Positions 9,400 through 16,099 of a DNA stretch of 30,642 nt are shown in pieces. Numbering within the stretch: the first letter of the stretch is position 1; the number at the start of each line of letters is the position of its first letter. The position numbers and the translations under genes are program-made. The stretch is taken from the IMG/VR virus record IMGVR_UViG_3300045988_049076; one strand, written 5' to 3'. Below the pieces are notes generated by a model that was given only the letters and a program-made list of their open reading frames with translations, had not been told where the DNA came from and made no database searches. The DNA is from a virus.

Positions 9400-9747
9400 T
9401 TAGAGTGGGCAGATGCGGTCGCGGAGTTCGTCGGGGAGGCTTGGTTTTGGGTGGTGTGTGAGGAATTCCTTGTCTTCGATGATTTCGCAGAATTGGGCGA
9501 GCCAGTGGCCTAGGCTGCGGATGTAGCCGGTTTCCATGTCGTTGATGTGTTGGAGTTCGTCGCGGCTTTCGATGAGTTTGTCTATTTTCTGGTCTTGGGC
9601 GTCGATTTGTTTTTTGAGTTCGCCTTGGGCTTCGACGAGGTGTTGGTAGGCGGTGGTGAGGTTGTCGCGTCGTGTGGTGGCGTATGTGATGGCTCCGCCT
9701 AGTGCTATTCCTAGGAGTCCGATGAGCGGGGATATTAGTTCAGTCAT
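9400..9747 (-). CDS. Membrane-anchored coiled-coil protein of unknown function (reverse-oriented insert between tail and lysis genes)
   Basis: 115 aa. The N-terminal hydrophobic helix ELISPLIGLLGIALGGAITYATT is followed by a heptad-like charged region (QGELKKQIDAQDQKIDKLIESRDELQ). Codon style matches the other minus-strand genes. Confidence 0.6.
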   Translation of the reverse strand: MTELISPLIGLLGIALGGAITYATTRRDNLTTAYQHLVEAQGELKKQIDAQDQKIDKLIESRDELQHINDMETGYIRSLGHWLAQFCEIIEDKEFLTHHPKPSLPDELRDRICPL

Positions 9748-9788
9748 AAGACTAAGTCTATCTTATGCGGTTTTGGTATGCTGGTCAT

Positions 9789-9938
9789 ATGAGTCAGGAA
9801 TCTATCGAAAATATTGTGTTGTTCATCTTGTCGGCGTTTCTCGTGGGGATCATGGTGGCGGCGGGTTTCCTGCTTGTTACCGGGATTCCGGCTTTTGCTC
9901 GTTTTCTTTTTACTGTCTGGTATGTTTTGATTGTCTGA
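9789..9938 (+). CDS. Small two-helix membrane protein (holin-like), not in the supplied ORF track (<60 aa)
   Basis: My own translation gives MSQESIENIVLFILSAFLVGIMVAAGFLLVTGIPAFARFLFTVWYVLIV, with stop TGA at 9936-9938, 11 nt before the endolysin ATG. The RBS is weak. Confidence 0.4.
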   Translation: MSQESIENIVLFILSAFLVGIMVAAGFLLVTGIPAFARFLFTVWYVLIV

Positions 9939-9949
9939 AAGGAGACAAA

Positions 9950-10792
9950 ATGTCATATGAATATATTACTAAGTATGATAGTCCGAATTATACGAGCGGA
10001 CGCCCGTATGGGATCAAGGCTATTGTGATTCACTGGTGGGGTGATCCGAATACTCACCCGACGTTCGAGGGTGTGATTAATACCTTGTGTAGCCCGTCTC
10101 GTGGTGCTTCCGCGCATTACGTGGTCGAGGCCGGTCGCGTGGCTTGTATCGTGGATCCGGATGATCGTGCGTGGCATGCCGGTGACGGCGTGGGTGTTCA
10201 CTCCAAGGGTAATGACATGGGTATCGGCATCGAATGCAATCCCCGTCAGTCCGATGGTGATTATCTGACGGTCGCGCAGTTGATTCGTGATTTGCGTGCC
10301 GAGTATGGTGATCTGCCGTTGATTCGGCATCGTGACTGTTATAACACGCAGTGTCCGGGCTCGTATGATTTGGATCGTTTGGATCGTTTGTCTCGTGGTT
10401 TGGTGGCTCCGTCTACTCCGGTGCCTCATCAGCCGGCCACGTCCAATGTGACGAAGCTTGCGGTGGATGGGTCTTGGGGCCCGGCGACGATGCGTAGGGC
10501 TCAGGAGGTTGTCGGCACTACGGTTGATGGTGTCATGTCCGGTCAGATTCGTTGTCTCGAGAATCAGAACATCGCCTGTTTGGAGGAGGGTACTTCGGGT
10601 AGTGACTGGGTTGAGTGGATGTCTCACCGTTTCGGGATTACCGATCGGCCGCGTAATGCTGGTCCGGAGTTCATTCACCGGTTCCTCATGGAGATGAACG
10701 GGTATGCTGGTGATGGGATGATCGGTCCGGTTCCGTCCCCGGCCGTCATGGAGTTCCAGAAGCGGCTGAATGATGGTCGTATCTTTAACTGA
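9950..10792 (+). CDS. Endolysin: N-acetylmuramoyl-L-alanine amidase (Amidase_2/PGRP type) with C-terminal peptidoglycan-binding repeats
   Basis: ATG at 9950 follows AAAGGAG. Motifs present are IVIHWWG, ASAHYVV, DRAWHAGD and HRDCYNTQCPG. The C-terminus has LAVDGSWGPATMRRAQ and GDGMIGP...EFQKRL, which resemble PG_binding_1. The upstream part of ORF 9653..10792 is rejected. Confidence 0.85.
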   Translation: MSYEYITKYDSPNYTSGRPYGIKAIVIHWWGDPNTHPTFEGVINTLCSPSRGASAHYVVEAGRVACIVDPDDRAWHAGDGVGVHSKGNDMGIGIECNPRQSDGDYLTVAQLIRDLRAEYGDLPLIRHRDCYNTQCPGSYDLDRLDRLSRGLVAPSTPVPHQPATSNVTKLAVDGSWGPATMRRAQEVVGTTVDGVMSGQIRCLENQNIACLEEGTSGSDWVEWMSHRFGITDRPRNAGPEFIHRFLMEMNGYAGDGMIGPVPSPAVMEFQKRLNDGRIFN

Positions 10793-10804
10793 TTGAAAGG
10801 ATTG

Positions 10805-11110
10805 ATGTTTATGGTTAAGCATGCAGTGTTGGCTGATGACGTGTTGACTGGTGAGCCTACTTCGGAGACCATGATCACGAATGAGTGTGCCGATGGTTCG
10901 GATAATTACGTGCCGGCTTTCGATGCTGAGACTCGTCGTTGGGCGTATTTGGTATCCGGCCTGGTTGGTATCGCCGGTGCTGTGGCCAGTCTGGTGAGTG
11001 CGGTTCCGGGTGTCCCGTCGTGGGTTGCGGTCGTTGGTGGCGCGTGTGCGCTGGTTGGTTCCGGTGTGGCTGGCTTGTTCGGCGTGCATTATGCTGGTGT
11101 GAGCCGCTGA
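10805..11110 (+). CDS. Holin candidate
   Basis: ATG at 10805 follows AAAGGA. The C-terminal half has two hydrophobic helices (WAYLVSGLVGIAGAVASLVSAV and WVAVVGGACALVGSGVAGLFGV). The gene lies directly after the endolysin gene. Confidence 0.6.
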   Translation: MFMVKHAVLADDVLTGEPTSETMITNECADGSDNYVPAFDAETRRWAYLVSGLVGIAGAVASLVSAVPGVPSWVAVVGGACALVGSGVAGLFGVHYAGVSR

Positions 11111-11126
11111 TCTTCTCTGATATGTA

Positions 11127-11169
11127 AAACGCTCCGCGTTTGGCTTGTTCGGCCGTTTGCGGGGCGTTT
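11127..11169. terminator. Bidirectional terminator between holin and the end of the leftward block
   Basis: AAACGCTCCGC (11127-11137) pairs with GCGGGGCGTTT (11159-11169) with one mismatch, flanked by A- and T-runs. Confidence 0.6.
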
Positions 11170-11185
11170 TCGTATGTTCTGGAGG

Positions 11186-11452
11186 CTATTTCAGGTGGAA
11201 GAAGTGGATGGTGATTGGATTGGTCACGGTGAAATCGTATCCGTCTTCTTCGATGGTGTTGATGGTGGTGGTTTTGACGGTTTCGATGGTGTTGAGGAGG
11301 CCGTAGAGTTTCATGAAGCTGTCGAAGTCGTTGATTCCGATGCATCCGAAGGTGGTTCCGAGGCCTAGGCCGTGCTCGTCGAGTATTTCGGCGGCTTTCG
11401 GCTGGCTGGTGAGGAGTCGGGTGAGGGTGGTGAGGTAGTTGATGGTTTCCAT
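11186..11452 (-). CDS. Hypothetical protein (own promoter, last gene of leftward block)
   Basis: 88-aa ORF with an A-rich leader. It is preceded by the promoter-like module at 11501-11542. No family recognised. Confidence 0.55.
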   Translation of the reverse strand: METINYLTTLTRLLTSQPKAAEILDEHGLGLGTTFGCIGINDFDSFMKLYGLLNTIETVKTTTINTIEEDGYDFTVTNPITIHFFHLK

Positions 11453-11500
11453 TTTTTGGTTCTTTCTTGTGTTGTGTCAATCTTTCTGATTGATGTTTTC

Positions 11501-11542
11501 ATCATATCATGAACGGCGTGCCGTGATGATGCGACACGCCGT
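11501..11542 (-). promoter_or_regulatory. Early promoter module: extended -10 TGATATGAT plus inverted repeat ACGGCGTG-N14-CACGCCGT containing the 10-mer CGACACGCCG
   Basis: The reverse complement of 11501-11509 is TGATATGAT. The inverted repeat arms are at 11513-11520 and 11535-11542, and the 10-mer is at 11532-11541. The geometry is the same as at 15301-15344. Confidence 0.55.
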
Positions 11543-11550
11543 AGGATGGG

Positions 11551-11877
11551 CTACTCGAAGAAGACCTCGCCGCCGAGCACGGCATTGAGTCGCTGCCGGT
11601 ATTCCTTGCGGGGGTGTCTCAGCCCGTTTTCCCACATCATGATGATGGTCGGACTAGATACGTGGATCAGCTTAGCTAGGTCGGCTTGTGTGTATCCGTG
11701 CCGGTTTCTCCAGTATTTGAGTCGCTGCTGGCTGGTCGTCTGCGTCCGGATGAGGCGGTAGCTGACTGGGGTGTGCTTGCCGTCGCTTTTGATTGCGTAG
11801 AAGAGTCCCGTGTACGCGTTCTGGATGACCTCGACGGTTCCGCCTTTGATGGTGGCGGTGAATGGTTTCGTTGCCAT
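11551..11877 (-). CDS. XRE-family helix-turn-helix DNA-binding protein (repressor-like)
   Basis: 108 aa. The C-terminal half, QQRLKYWRNRHGYTQADLAKLIHVSSPTIIMMWENGLRHP, is a classic HTH_3 pattern. AAGGAAACC lies before the ATG. Confidence 0.7.
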   Translation of the reverse strand: MATKPFTATIKGGTVEVIQNAYTGLFYAIKSDGKHTPVSYRLIRTQTTSQQRLKYWRNRHGYTQADLAKLIHVSSPTIIMMWENGLRHPRKEYRQRLNAVLGGEVFFE

Positions 11878-11884
11878 GGTTTCC

Positions 11885-12169
11885 TTACTTTCTTTCGTCT
11901 GGTGTTGTGGCGTCGAAGAGTTCTTGCATGAGTTCGTCGCCTTTCTTGGTGAGTTGCCATCTCCAGCATGGGCGGTTGTGTCTGCTGGTGCCGTTTCTGT
12001 CGATGCGGTGGGCGTATCCGGCTCGTTCGAGTTCGACTAGGCGGCTTCTCAGGCTTTGAGGCGTGTCGTGGTAGCGTATCGTTTCGGCCATGTCGGTCAG
12101 CCGTTCCTGGGTGATTGGTTTTCCCGCGAGGCGGAGGAGCGTGAGTACGTGGAGTTTCGGAGTGTCCAT
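11885..12169 (-). CDS. Winged-helix DNA-binding protein
   Basis: Internal ATG at 12169 of ORF 11885..12319. The product begins MDTPKLHVLTLLRLAGKPITQERL and contains RSRLVELERAGYAHRIDR, a MarR/ArsR-like recognition helix plus wing. It has a TAATG overlap with the upstream gene. Confidence 0.6.
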   Translation of the reverse strand: MDTPKLHVLTLLRLAGKPITQERLTDMAETIRYHDTPQSLRSRLVELERAGYAHRIDRNGTSRHNRPCWRWQLTKKGDELMQELFDATTPDERK

Positions 12170-12504
12170 TAGAGTCTGCTTTCTGCTTGGTGTCGGTAGT
12201 ATGCGGCGATGCTTGTGGCTACGGCCCATCCGGTGAGCCATTTGATGCCGAAGCGGATGTGGTGGATCTTCGCTGTCGCAGCCCATGCGGGGAGTGCCGT
12301 GTAGGGGCTGAGGCACCATCCGCAGTAGGCGAGCGTGCCGAGGCTGCGGATGGTGTTGTTGTCTGCGTTTTCGGTTTTAGTGGTGAGTTGTTTTCGGAGT
12401 TTGGCGAAGATGTCTCCGGGGCCGGGGGAGAGTTGACTGACCGTGGTTGCGTATCCTGCTGTGAGGCCGGCTGTGATTACGGCTGTCCACCATTCGGTTT
12501 TCAT
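12169..12504 (-). CDS. Small integral membrane protein with CxxC motif (possibly DUF1360-like)
   Basis: Internal ATG at 12504 of ORF 12169..12924. The product begins MKTEWWTAVITAGLTAGYATTV and contains GTLAYCGWCLSPYTALPAWAA. It has an ATGA overlap with the upstream gene. Confidence 0.55.
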   Translation of the reverse strand: MKTEWWTAVITAGLTAGYATTVSQLSPGPGDIFAKLRKQLTTKTENADNNTIRSLGTLAYCGWCLSPYTALPAWAATAKIHHIRFGIKWLTGWAVATSIAAYYRHQAESRL

Positions 12505-12788
12505 TTTGTGGTCCTTTCGTTGTTCGTGATGATTTCTGCTGGAGTGTAGTGGATTGTCCCGCCGGACAGTATCAGGGGGTATTTGATTGGTTTGTTTTGG
12601 TTTTTGGCGATGGTACGGATGAGGGTTGCTGTCGGGCTGCCGGAGGTGACGATGTGTAGTTGTTTCCACATCCATTGTGCTGTCGTGCGGCATGAGTCCA
12701 GGAACTTCGCGGTTTCGGGCCGGCATGTGGGGCAGCCGTCGAATAGGACGTAGATGTCCGGGCTGTTGAGGAGAGTGTCGATGGTCAT
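12501..12788 (-). CDS. Glutaredoxin/NrdH-like small redoxin
   Basis: 95 aa. YVLFDGCPTCRPETAKFL (CxxC after a beta strand) and KYPLILSGGTIHYTPAEI fit the thioredoxin-fold glutaredoxin pattern. Confidence 0.6.
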   Translation of the reverse strand: MTIDTLLNSPDIYVLFDGCPTCRPETAKFLDSCRTTAQWMWKQLHIVTSGSPTATLIRTIAKNQNKPIKYPLILSGGTIHYTPAEIITNNERTTK

Positions 12789-13690
12789 TAGAATGATGCT
12801 CCTGTTGCTTCCGTAATGGTGTCGATGATGTGCAATGTGTTGAGTTGTTTGCGTTTGTGGCTGGTGATGAGTGGTTTGATACTTCTCCTGTTGATTGGGA
12901 TAACTTGGTGTCGTGCGTTTCCATAGACTCGTGGATCGTACATTGAGAAGTAGAGGGTTTCGAGCGTGTCGCAGACGACGAAGTATTGGAGCACTTGCGC
13001 GCGGTACGCGTCCGGGATGAAGTCCATGTTGGTGGCTTTAAGGCTTGTTGCTGTTGGGGGTAGGACTTGTGCGGCTGCGTCGGCGAGGTTCCCTGGTATT
13101 TCTCGTTGGCGGATGCGCTGTGAGTGGATCATCCATGGGATGACGGCTTGGAGGTGGTAGGCGCTTCCGAGGCTTTTGCATTCGATGGCCCATGTCGGGG
13201 TTGCAGAATTCTGGTAGGCGTCTGGGCTGCATGCGATTCGGTCGTCTTCGTCGCTTTCCCAGATGCCGCAGTCGGTTATGCAGTCTTCTTGCTTGTATCC
13301 GAGTTGTTGGAGGGTGAGTTGGATGTTTTCTGGTTCGAGCCTGTGGCCGCGTTCCATGGGGTTTTCTCCGTCTGGTTGTTCGGCCATGGTTTCGGCGAGG
13401 AATTTCCAGAAGTCGATGCCTACTTTGAGGCGTTTGTTTTTTGCTTCGGTTTCGGTGAGTAGTTCGTCGTATTTTAGTGCCGTCCGGAAGTGTTCTTCGG
13501 TCTCATCTTTTGATGTTGCTTTTTTTGCTTGTTCGAGTGCCTTGTCCCGGTATTTGATGATTTTTTTGGTGTCGGTTTGCTGGTAGTGGTCTAGGGCTAG
13601 GCTGCCGCTTTTGGTGCCGGTGATGCGTCCGGTGCGTTCTTGGAGCCATGCGTCGGTGTTGTTGGGTTGGGATAGGTTGATGATTTTCAT
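12788..13690 (-). CDS. YqaJ-like / lambda Exo-type recombination exonuclease (PD-(D/E)XK)
   Basis: 300 aa. It has the N-terminal DAWLQERTGRITGTKSGSL motif typical of YqaJ, plus IACSPDAY...WAIECKS (D...E.K). An ERF annealase gene lies nearby. Confidence 0.75.
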   Translation of the reverse strand: MKIINLSQPNNTDAWLQERTGRITGTKSGSLALDHYQQTDTKKIIKYRDKALEQAKKATSKDETEEHFRTALKYDELLTETEAKNKRLKVGIDFWKFLAETMAEQPDGENPMERGHRLEPENIQLTLQQLGYKQEDCITDCGIWESDEDDRIACSPDAYQNSATPTWAIECKSLGSAYHLQAVIPWMIHSQRIRQREIPGNLADAAAQVLPPTATSLKATNMDFIPDAYRAQVLQYFVVCDTLETLYFSMYDPRVYGNARHQVIPINRRSIKPLITSHKRKQLNTLHIIDTITEATGASF

Positions 13691-13719
13691 TGTCGGTCCT
13701 TTCTTGAGGTGATATTCTT

Positions 13720-13761
13720 ACTATATCACATGCGGAAGTGAGGTGATATGTCGGCGTGTCG
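13720..13761 (-). promoter_or_regulatory. Promoter-like element for the exonuclease operon segment
   Basis: The reverse complement of 13720-13730 is TGTGATATAGT (extended -10). The 10-mer (CGGCGTGTCG on the + strand) is at 13752-13761. GAGGTGATAT direct repeats are at 13706-13715 and 13740-13749. Confidence 0.5.
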
Positions 13762-13812
13762 TGTTCCTTTTGTTACCGTATCGGCGTGCCGCGTTATCCT
13801 AAATGATATTAT
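13752..13812 (+). promoter_or_regulatory. Promoter-like element for the opposite-strand acidic-protein gene
   Basis: CGGCGTGTCG at 13752-13761, CGGCGTGCC at 13782-13790, and extended -10 TGATATTAT at 13804-13812. AAAGGAAAGGAA RBS precedes the ATG at 13845. Confidence 0.5.
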
Positions 13813-13844
13813 GGGTATGTAAACCGCAAAGGAAAGGAATTGAA

Positions 13845-14171
13845 ATGAACACCACGGAAATCACCGTAAAGGACTACGACACCTACAAGGAAGTCACTGT
13901 CACTCCGATGGCGGTGTTTGGGTACGGCGACTTCAGCACCATCTTCATCACCGACGCCAACTACCGCGGCCTGTGGCTCAATGGAGACCTCGACTGGCTC
14001 ATCGACGTCAAGGAAGGCGATATCTACGACGCCGAACGTATCGAGGGTATCTTCGGTGCCGATGAAGATGAATGGGAAGCCTCCGCGAACGAGAAGCTCG
14101 CCGACTACGGGTTCCGTCTCGGAGATCTCGATAAGGAGCATGGTGATCGGTATTTTCTGGTCGCCTTGTAG
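13845..14171 (+). CDS. Highly acidic small protein of unknown function (opposite-strand insert)
   Basis: ATG at 13845 within ORF 13803..14171. The 108-aa product has 25 Asp/Glu against 9 Lys/Arg by my count. It has its own promoter-like element and a terminator at 14187-14218. Confidence 0.65.
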   Translation: MNTTEITVKDYDTYKEVTVTPMAVFGYGDFSTIFITDANYRGLWLNGDLDWLIDVKEGDIYDAERIEGIFGADEDEWEASANEKLADYGFRLGDLDKEHGDRYFLVAL

Positions 14172-14186
14172 TCGGCATTGACATTG

Positions 14187-14218
14187 AAAGCCTCCAAGCT
14201 TTATCACTTGGAGGCTTT
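14187..14218. terminator. Bidirectional intrinsic terminator
   Basis: AAAGCCTCCAAG (14187-14198) pairs perfectly with CTTGGAGGCTTT (14207-14218), followed by TTTTA. On the other strand it is preceded by A-rich and followed by T-containing sequence. Confidence 0.75.
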
Positions 14219-14240
14219 TATTATGCCTTTAGGTACGAGA

Positions 14241-14265
14241 AAGCCCCGACGTTGGGCCGGGGCTT
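14241..14265 (-). terminator. GC-rich hairpin directly downstream of the ERF gene (no clear U-tract)
   Basis: AAGCCCCG (14241-14248) pairs with CGGGGCTT (14258-14265), 8 nt after the ERF stop codon. Confidence 0.4.
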
Positions 14266-14272
14266 GTCTGTG

Positions 14273-14866
14273 TCACATCCTGTTGACGGCGTCCATGAGC
14301 TTGGCTAGGTCGGCTTGTGTGATTCCTCGCCATCCTTTGACCTGGCGGTTCAAAGTGCCGCTGATGAATTCTCCTCGTGCTTCCGGCGGGAGCTGGTGCG
14401 CGTCCATTGCCTTGACGAGCGTAGCGTACTGGTCCGCACCTATCGGCCGGTCGGCGGTGTCGAACTTCTGCTTGGCGTAGCCTCCGTCGTCGTCCTTGTC
14501 AGGGAAGATGCCAAGTACGGTGGTAAGGCTGTAGCGGCGGGCGTAGGTGATGGCGCTGCCTACCTGTTGTGGGTCTCCGGTCACGAAGAAGGGGTATTTG
14601 CAGACCACTTGCTGTTCGTTTTCGTCGAAGATGATGGTTTCGATGGTGCCGAGGGTCTGTCGTCCGTCTCCCGTGCCGTCGAAGGTGACTCTCTGGGAGA
14701 ATGCGATGTCGTACTTCTCGAAGATGGGTTTGATGTTCTTGAGGAGGGTGGCTAGGTTGAGGTATTTGTAGGTGCGGCTGCCGGCGTTGGCGGTCTCGTC
14801 CGTGCTGAAGTTCGGGACTTCGTTGAGCACTTGCATGAATTTCTTGTTTAGGTTGTTGTTTTCCAT
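14273..14866 (-). CDS. ERF-family single-strand annealing protein
   Basis: 197 aa. YKYLNLATLLKNIKPIFEKYDIAFSQ and GSAITYARRYSLTTVLGI match the conserved ERF superfamily blocks. Confidence 0.75.
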   Translation of the reverse strand: MENNNLNKKFMQVLNEVPNFSTDETANAGSRTYKYLNLATLLKNIKPIFEKYDIAFSQRVTFDGTGDGRQTLGTIETIIFDENEQQVVCKYPFFVTGDPQQVGSAITYARRYSLTTVLGIFPDKDDDGGYAKQKFDTADRPIGADQYATLVKAMDAHQLPPEARGEFISGTLNRQVKGWRGITQADLAKLMDAVNRM

Positions 14867-14894
14867 TGGATGTTCCTTTGTGGAGTGATGGTGG

Positions 14895-15251
14895 TCAGTG
14901 TTTGCGGATGAGGTAGACTTCGGTCTGCGGGCCGTCGTAGTCCTGCTTGTCTATAATGACTCTTAATGCTTCCATTCCGGCGAAGTTGTAGGCCTCGGTG
15001 AAGAAGTCAAGGAGTTTCGGCTGGTTCTTGGCGAGAATGTAGAGGTAGCATGCCCAATCCGCGCCTTTGTTGTCGGTTTCGTATTCCTCGAAGGTGCGGG
15101 AGAAGTCTTCGAAGGTGACGAATTTGTGGGTTCCGACGCGGTAGGCGAGTCCGATATGGCCGAAGTGGATGTTGTAATGGCTTTTCTGGTCGAGGCGTAC
15201 GTCGATGTCGTGCATCATGGTCTTGACTGTGGTTGTGGTGATGTGGTTCAT
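14895..15251 (-). CDS. Hypothetical protein
   Basis: Internal ATG at 15251 of ORF 14895..15380, preceded by AAGGAAACC. The 118-aa product begins MNHITTTTVKTMMHDIDV. Confidence 0.55.
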   Translation of the reverse strand: MNHITTTTVKTMMHDIDVRLDQKSHYNIHFGHIGLAYRVGTHKFVTFEDFSRTFEEYETDNKGADWACYLYILAKNQPKLLDFFTEAYNFAGMEALRVIIDKQDYDGPQTEVYLIRKH

Positions 15252-15300
15252 TTTGGTTTCCTTTTCTTTGTGTTTGCCAAGCGTATTGCTTGATATCTCC

Positions 15301-15344
15301 AATATAACATAATGCGGCGTGAGGCACAATTGCGACACGCCGCA
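15301..15344 (-). promoter_or_regulatory. Early promoter module: extended -10 TGTTATATT plus inverted repeat TGCGGCGTG-N14-CACGCCGCA containing CGACACGCCG
   Basis: The reverse complement of 15301-15309 is TGTTATATT. The inverted repeat arms are at 15313-15321 and 15336-15344, and the 10-mer is at 15333-15342. Confidence 0.55.
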
Positions 15345-15364
15345 GATTTGAGGTGGACTCCGCC

Positions 15365-15439
15365 TTACCGGTTCTTCCATGCGATAAGCATGGCGAGAGC
15401 AAGGATCAATGCCGTGCAGATGTCACTAATCGTTCCCAT
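15365..15439 (-). CDS. 24-aa hydrophobic micro-ORF (speculative)
   Basis: My own translation gives MGTISDICTALILALAMLIAWKNR. GGGAGGAG lies 5 nt upstream of the ATG. It overlaps the 3' end of 15406..15576. Confidence 0.3.
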   Translation of the reverse strand: MGTISDICTALILALAMLIAWKNR

Positions 15440-15576
15440 TCTGTCTCCTCCCTGTATTTCTTGATGACCGCTTCGATTTCCGGCTTGCAGTATTGGGGGA
15501 TGAGCGGCGCGAATTCGTCTACCGTCAGGCCGGCCTTATACCATTTGATGATCTGGTCTTCCGAGGCTTTCTTCAT
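15406..15576 (-). CDS. 56-aa small protein (not in ORF track)
   Basis: My own translation gives MKKASEDQIIKWYKAGLTVDEFAPLIPQYCKPEIEAVIKKYREETEWERLVTSARH. It has an AAGGAG RBS and an ATGA overlap with the upstream ORF. Confidence 0.45.
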   Translation of the reverse strand: MKKASEDQIIKWYKAGLTVDEFAPLIPQYCKPEIEAVIKKYREETEWERLVTSARH

Positions 15577-15749
15577 AGTGCTCTCCTTGTCGGCGTGGTG
15601 TATCTGATTCGTGCTTCGTAGATTTCTTCGATTGTTTCCTTGTCCATGCCGGCTATTTCGCTGACCTTTTCGACTGGATATCCGAGATCGAAGAGGTAAT
15701 GTTCCACGAGCGCTGTCGTGAGTGGTATGTCAGAGAGTTTGTGTGTCAT
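15573..15749 (-). CDS. 58-aa small protein, possibly HTH-like
   Basis: Internal ATG at 15749 of ORF 15573..16049. The product begins MTHKLSDIPLTTALVEHYLFDLGYPVEKVSEIAGMDKETIEEI. It has an ATGA overlap with the DUF3310-like gene. Confidence 0.5.
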   Translation of the reverse strand: MTHKLSDIPLTTALVEHYLFDLGYPVEKVSEIAGMDKETIEEIYEARIRYTTPTRRAL

Positions 15750-16099
15750 TGTTCTGCCTTTCCTGTCATTCGTTCCAGGGCTTCGATGGTCAGGTTCCAG
15801 TCGGATTGTCTGAGACCGGTCCATGCGGTGCATTCGTCGCCTGTGGTTGAGAGGAGGAGCCGGTAAAGGATTACGTCGCATGGGCAGGTCTTGACCACTT
15901 TTTCTCCGGTCTCCGACGCGAGCCGGGCGTACCATAGGGCTTTCTTCAGGTCTTCCGCCTCGTGGCCTTTGAATGGGGCACGCCATAGGTATTTGATGAC
16001 GTTGCCTGTGCAGAAGGCTTGCCGTCGTGCGAGCGCGATGCATTCGCACCCGATGTTGCGGCTGGCGTAATGCGCTGGGTGGTCGATGTTGTCTGTCAT
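15746..16099 (-). CDS. DUF3310-like phage protein
   Basis: Internal ATG at 16099 of ORF 15746..16246. The product contains IDHPAHYASRNIGCECIALAR...GNVIKYLWRAPFKGHEAEDLKKALWYARL, which fits the HPxHY ... KY.wR...K....DL.KA.wY signature. Confidence 0.65.
   Translation of the reverse strand: MTDNIDHPAHYASRNIGCECIALARRQAFCTGNVIKYLWRAPFKGHEAEDLKKALWYARLASETGEKVVKTCPCDVILYRLLLSTTGDECTAWTGLRQSDWNLTIEALERMTGKAEQ

Noticed and set aside
9953-11089. 378-aa minus-strand ORF opposite the endolysin and holin
   Set aside because: The product is Arg/His/Thr-rich junk. The + strand carries unmistakable amidase motifs, so this is an antisense shadow.
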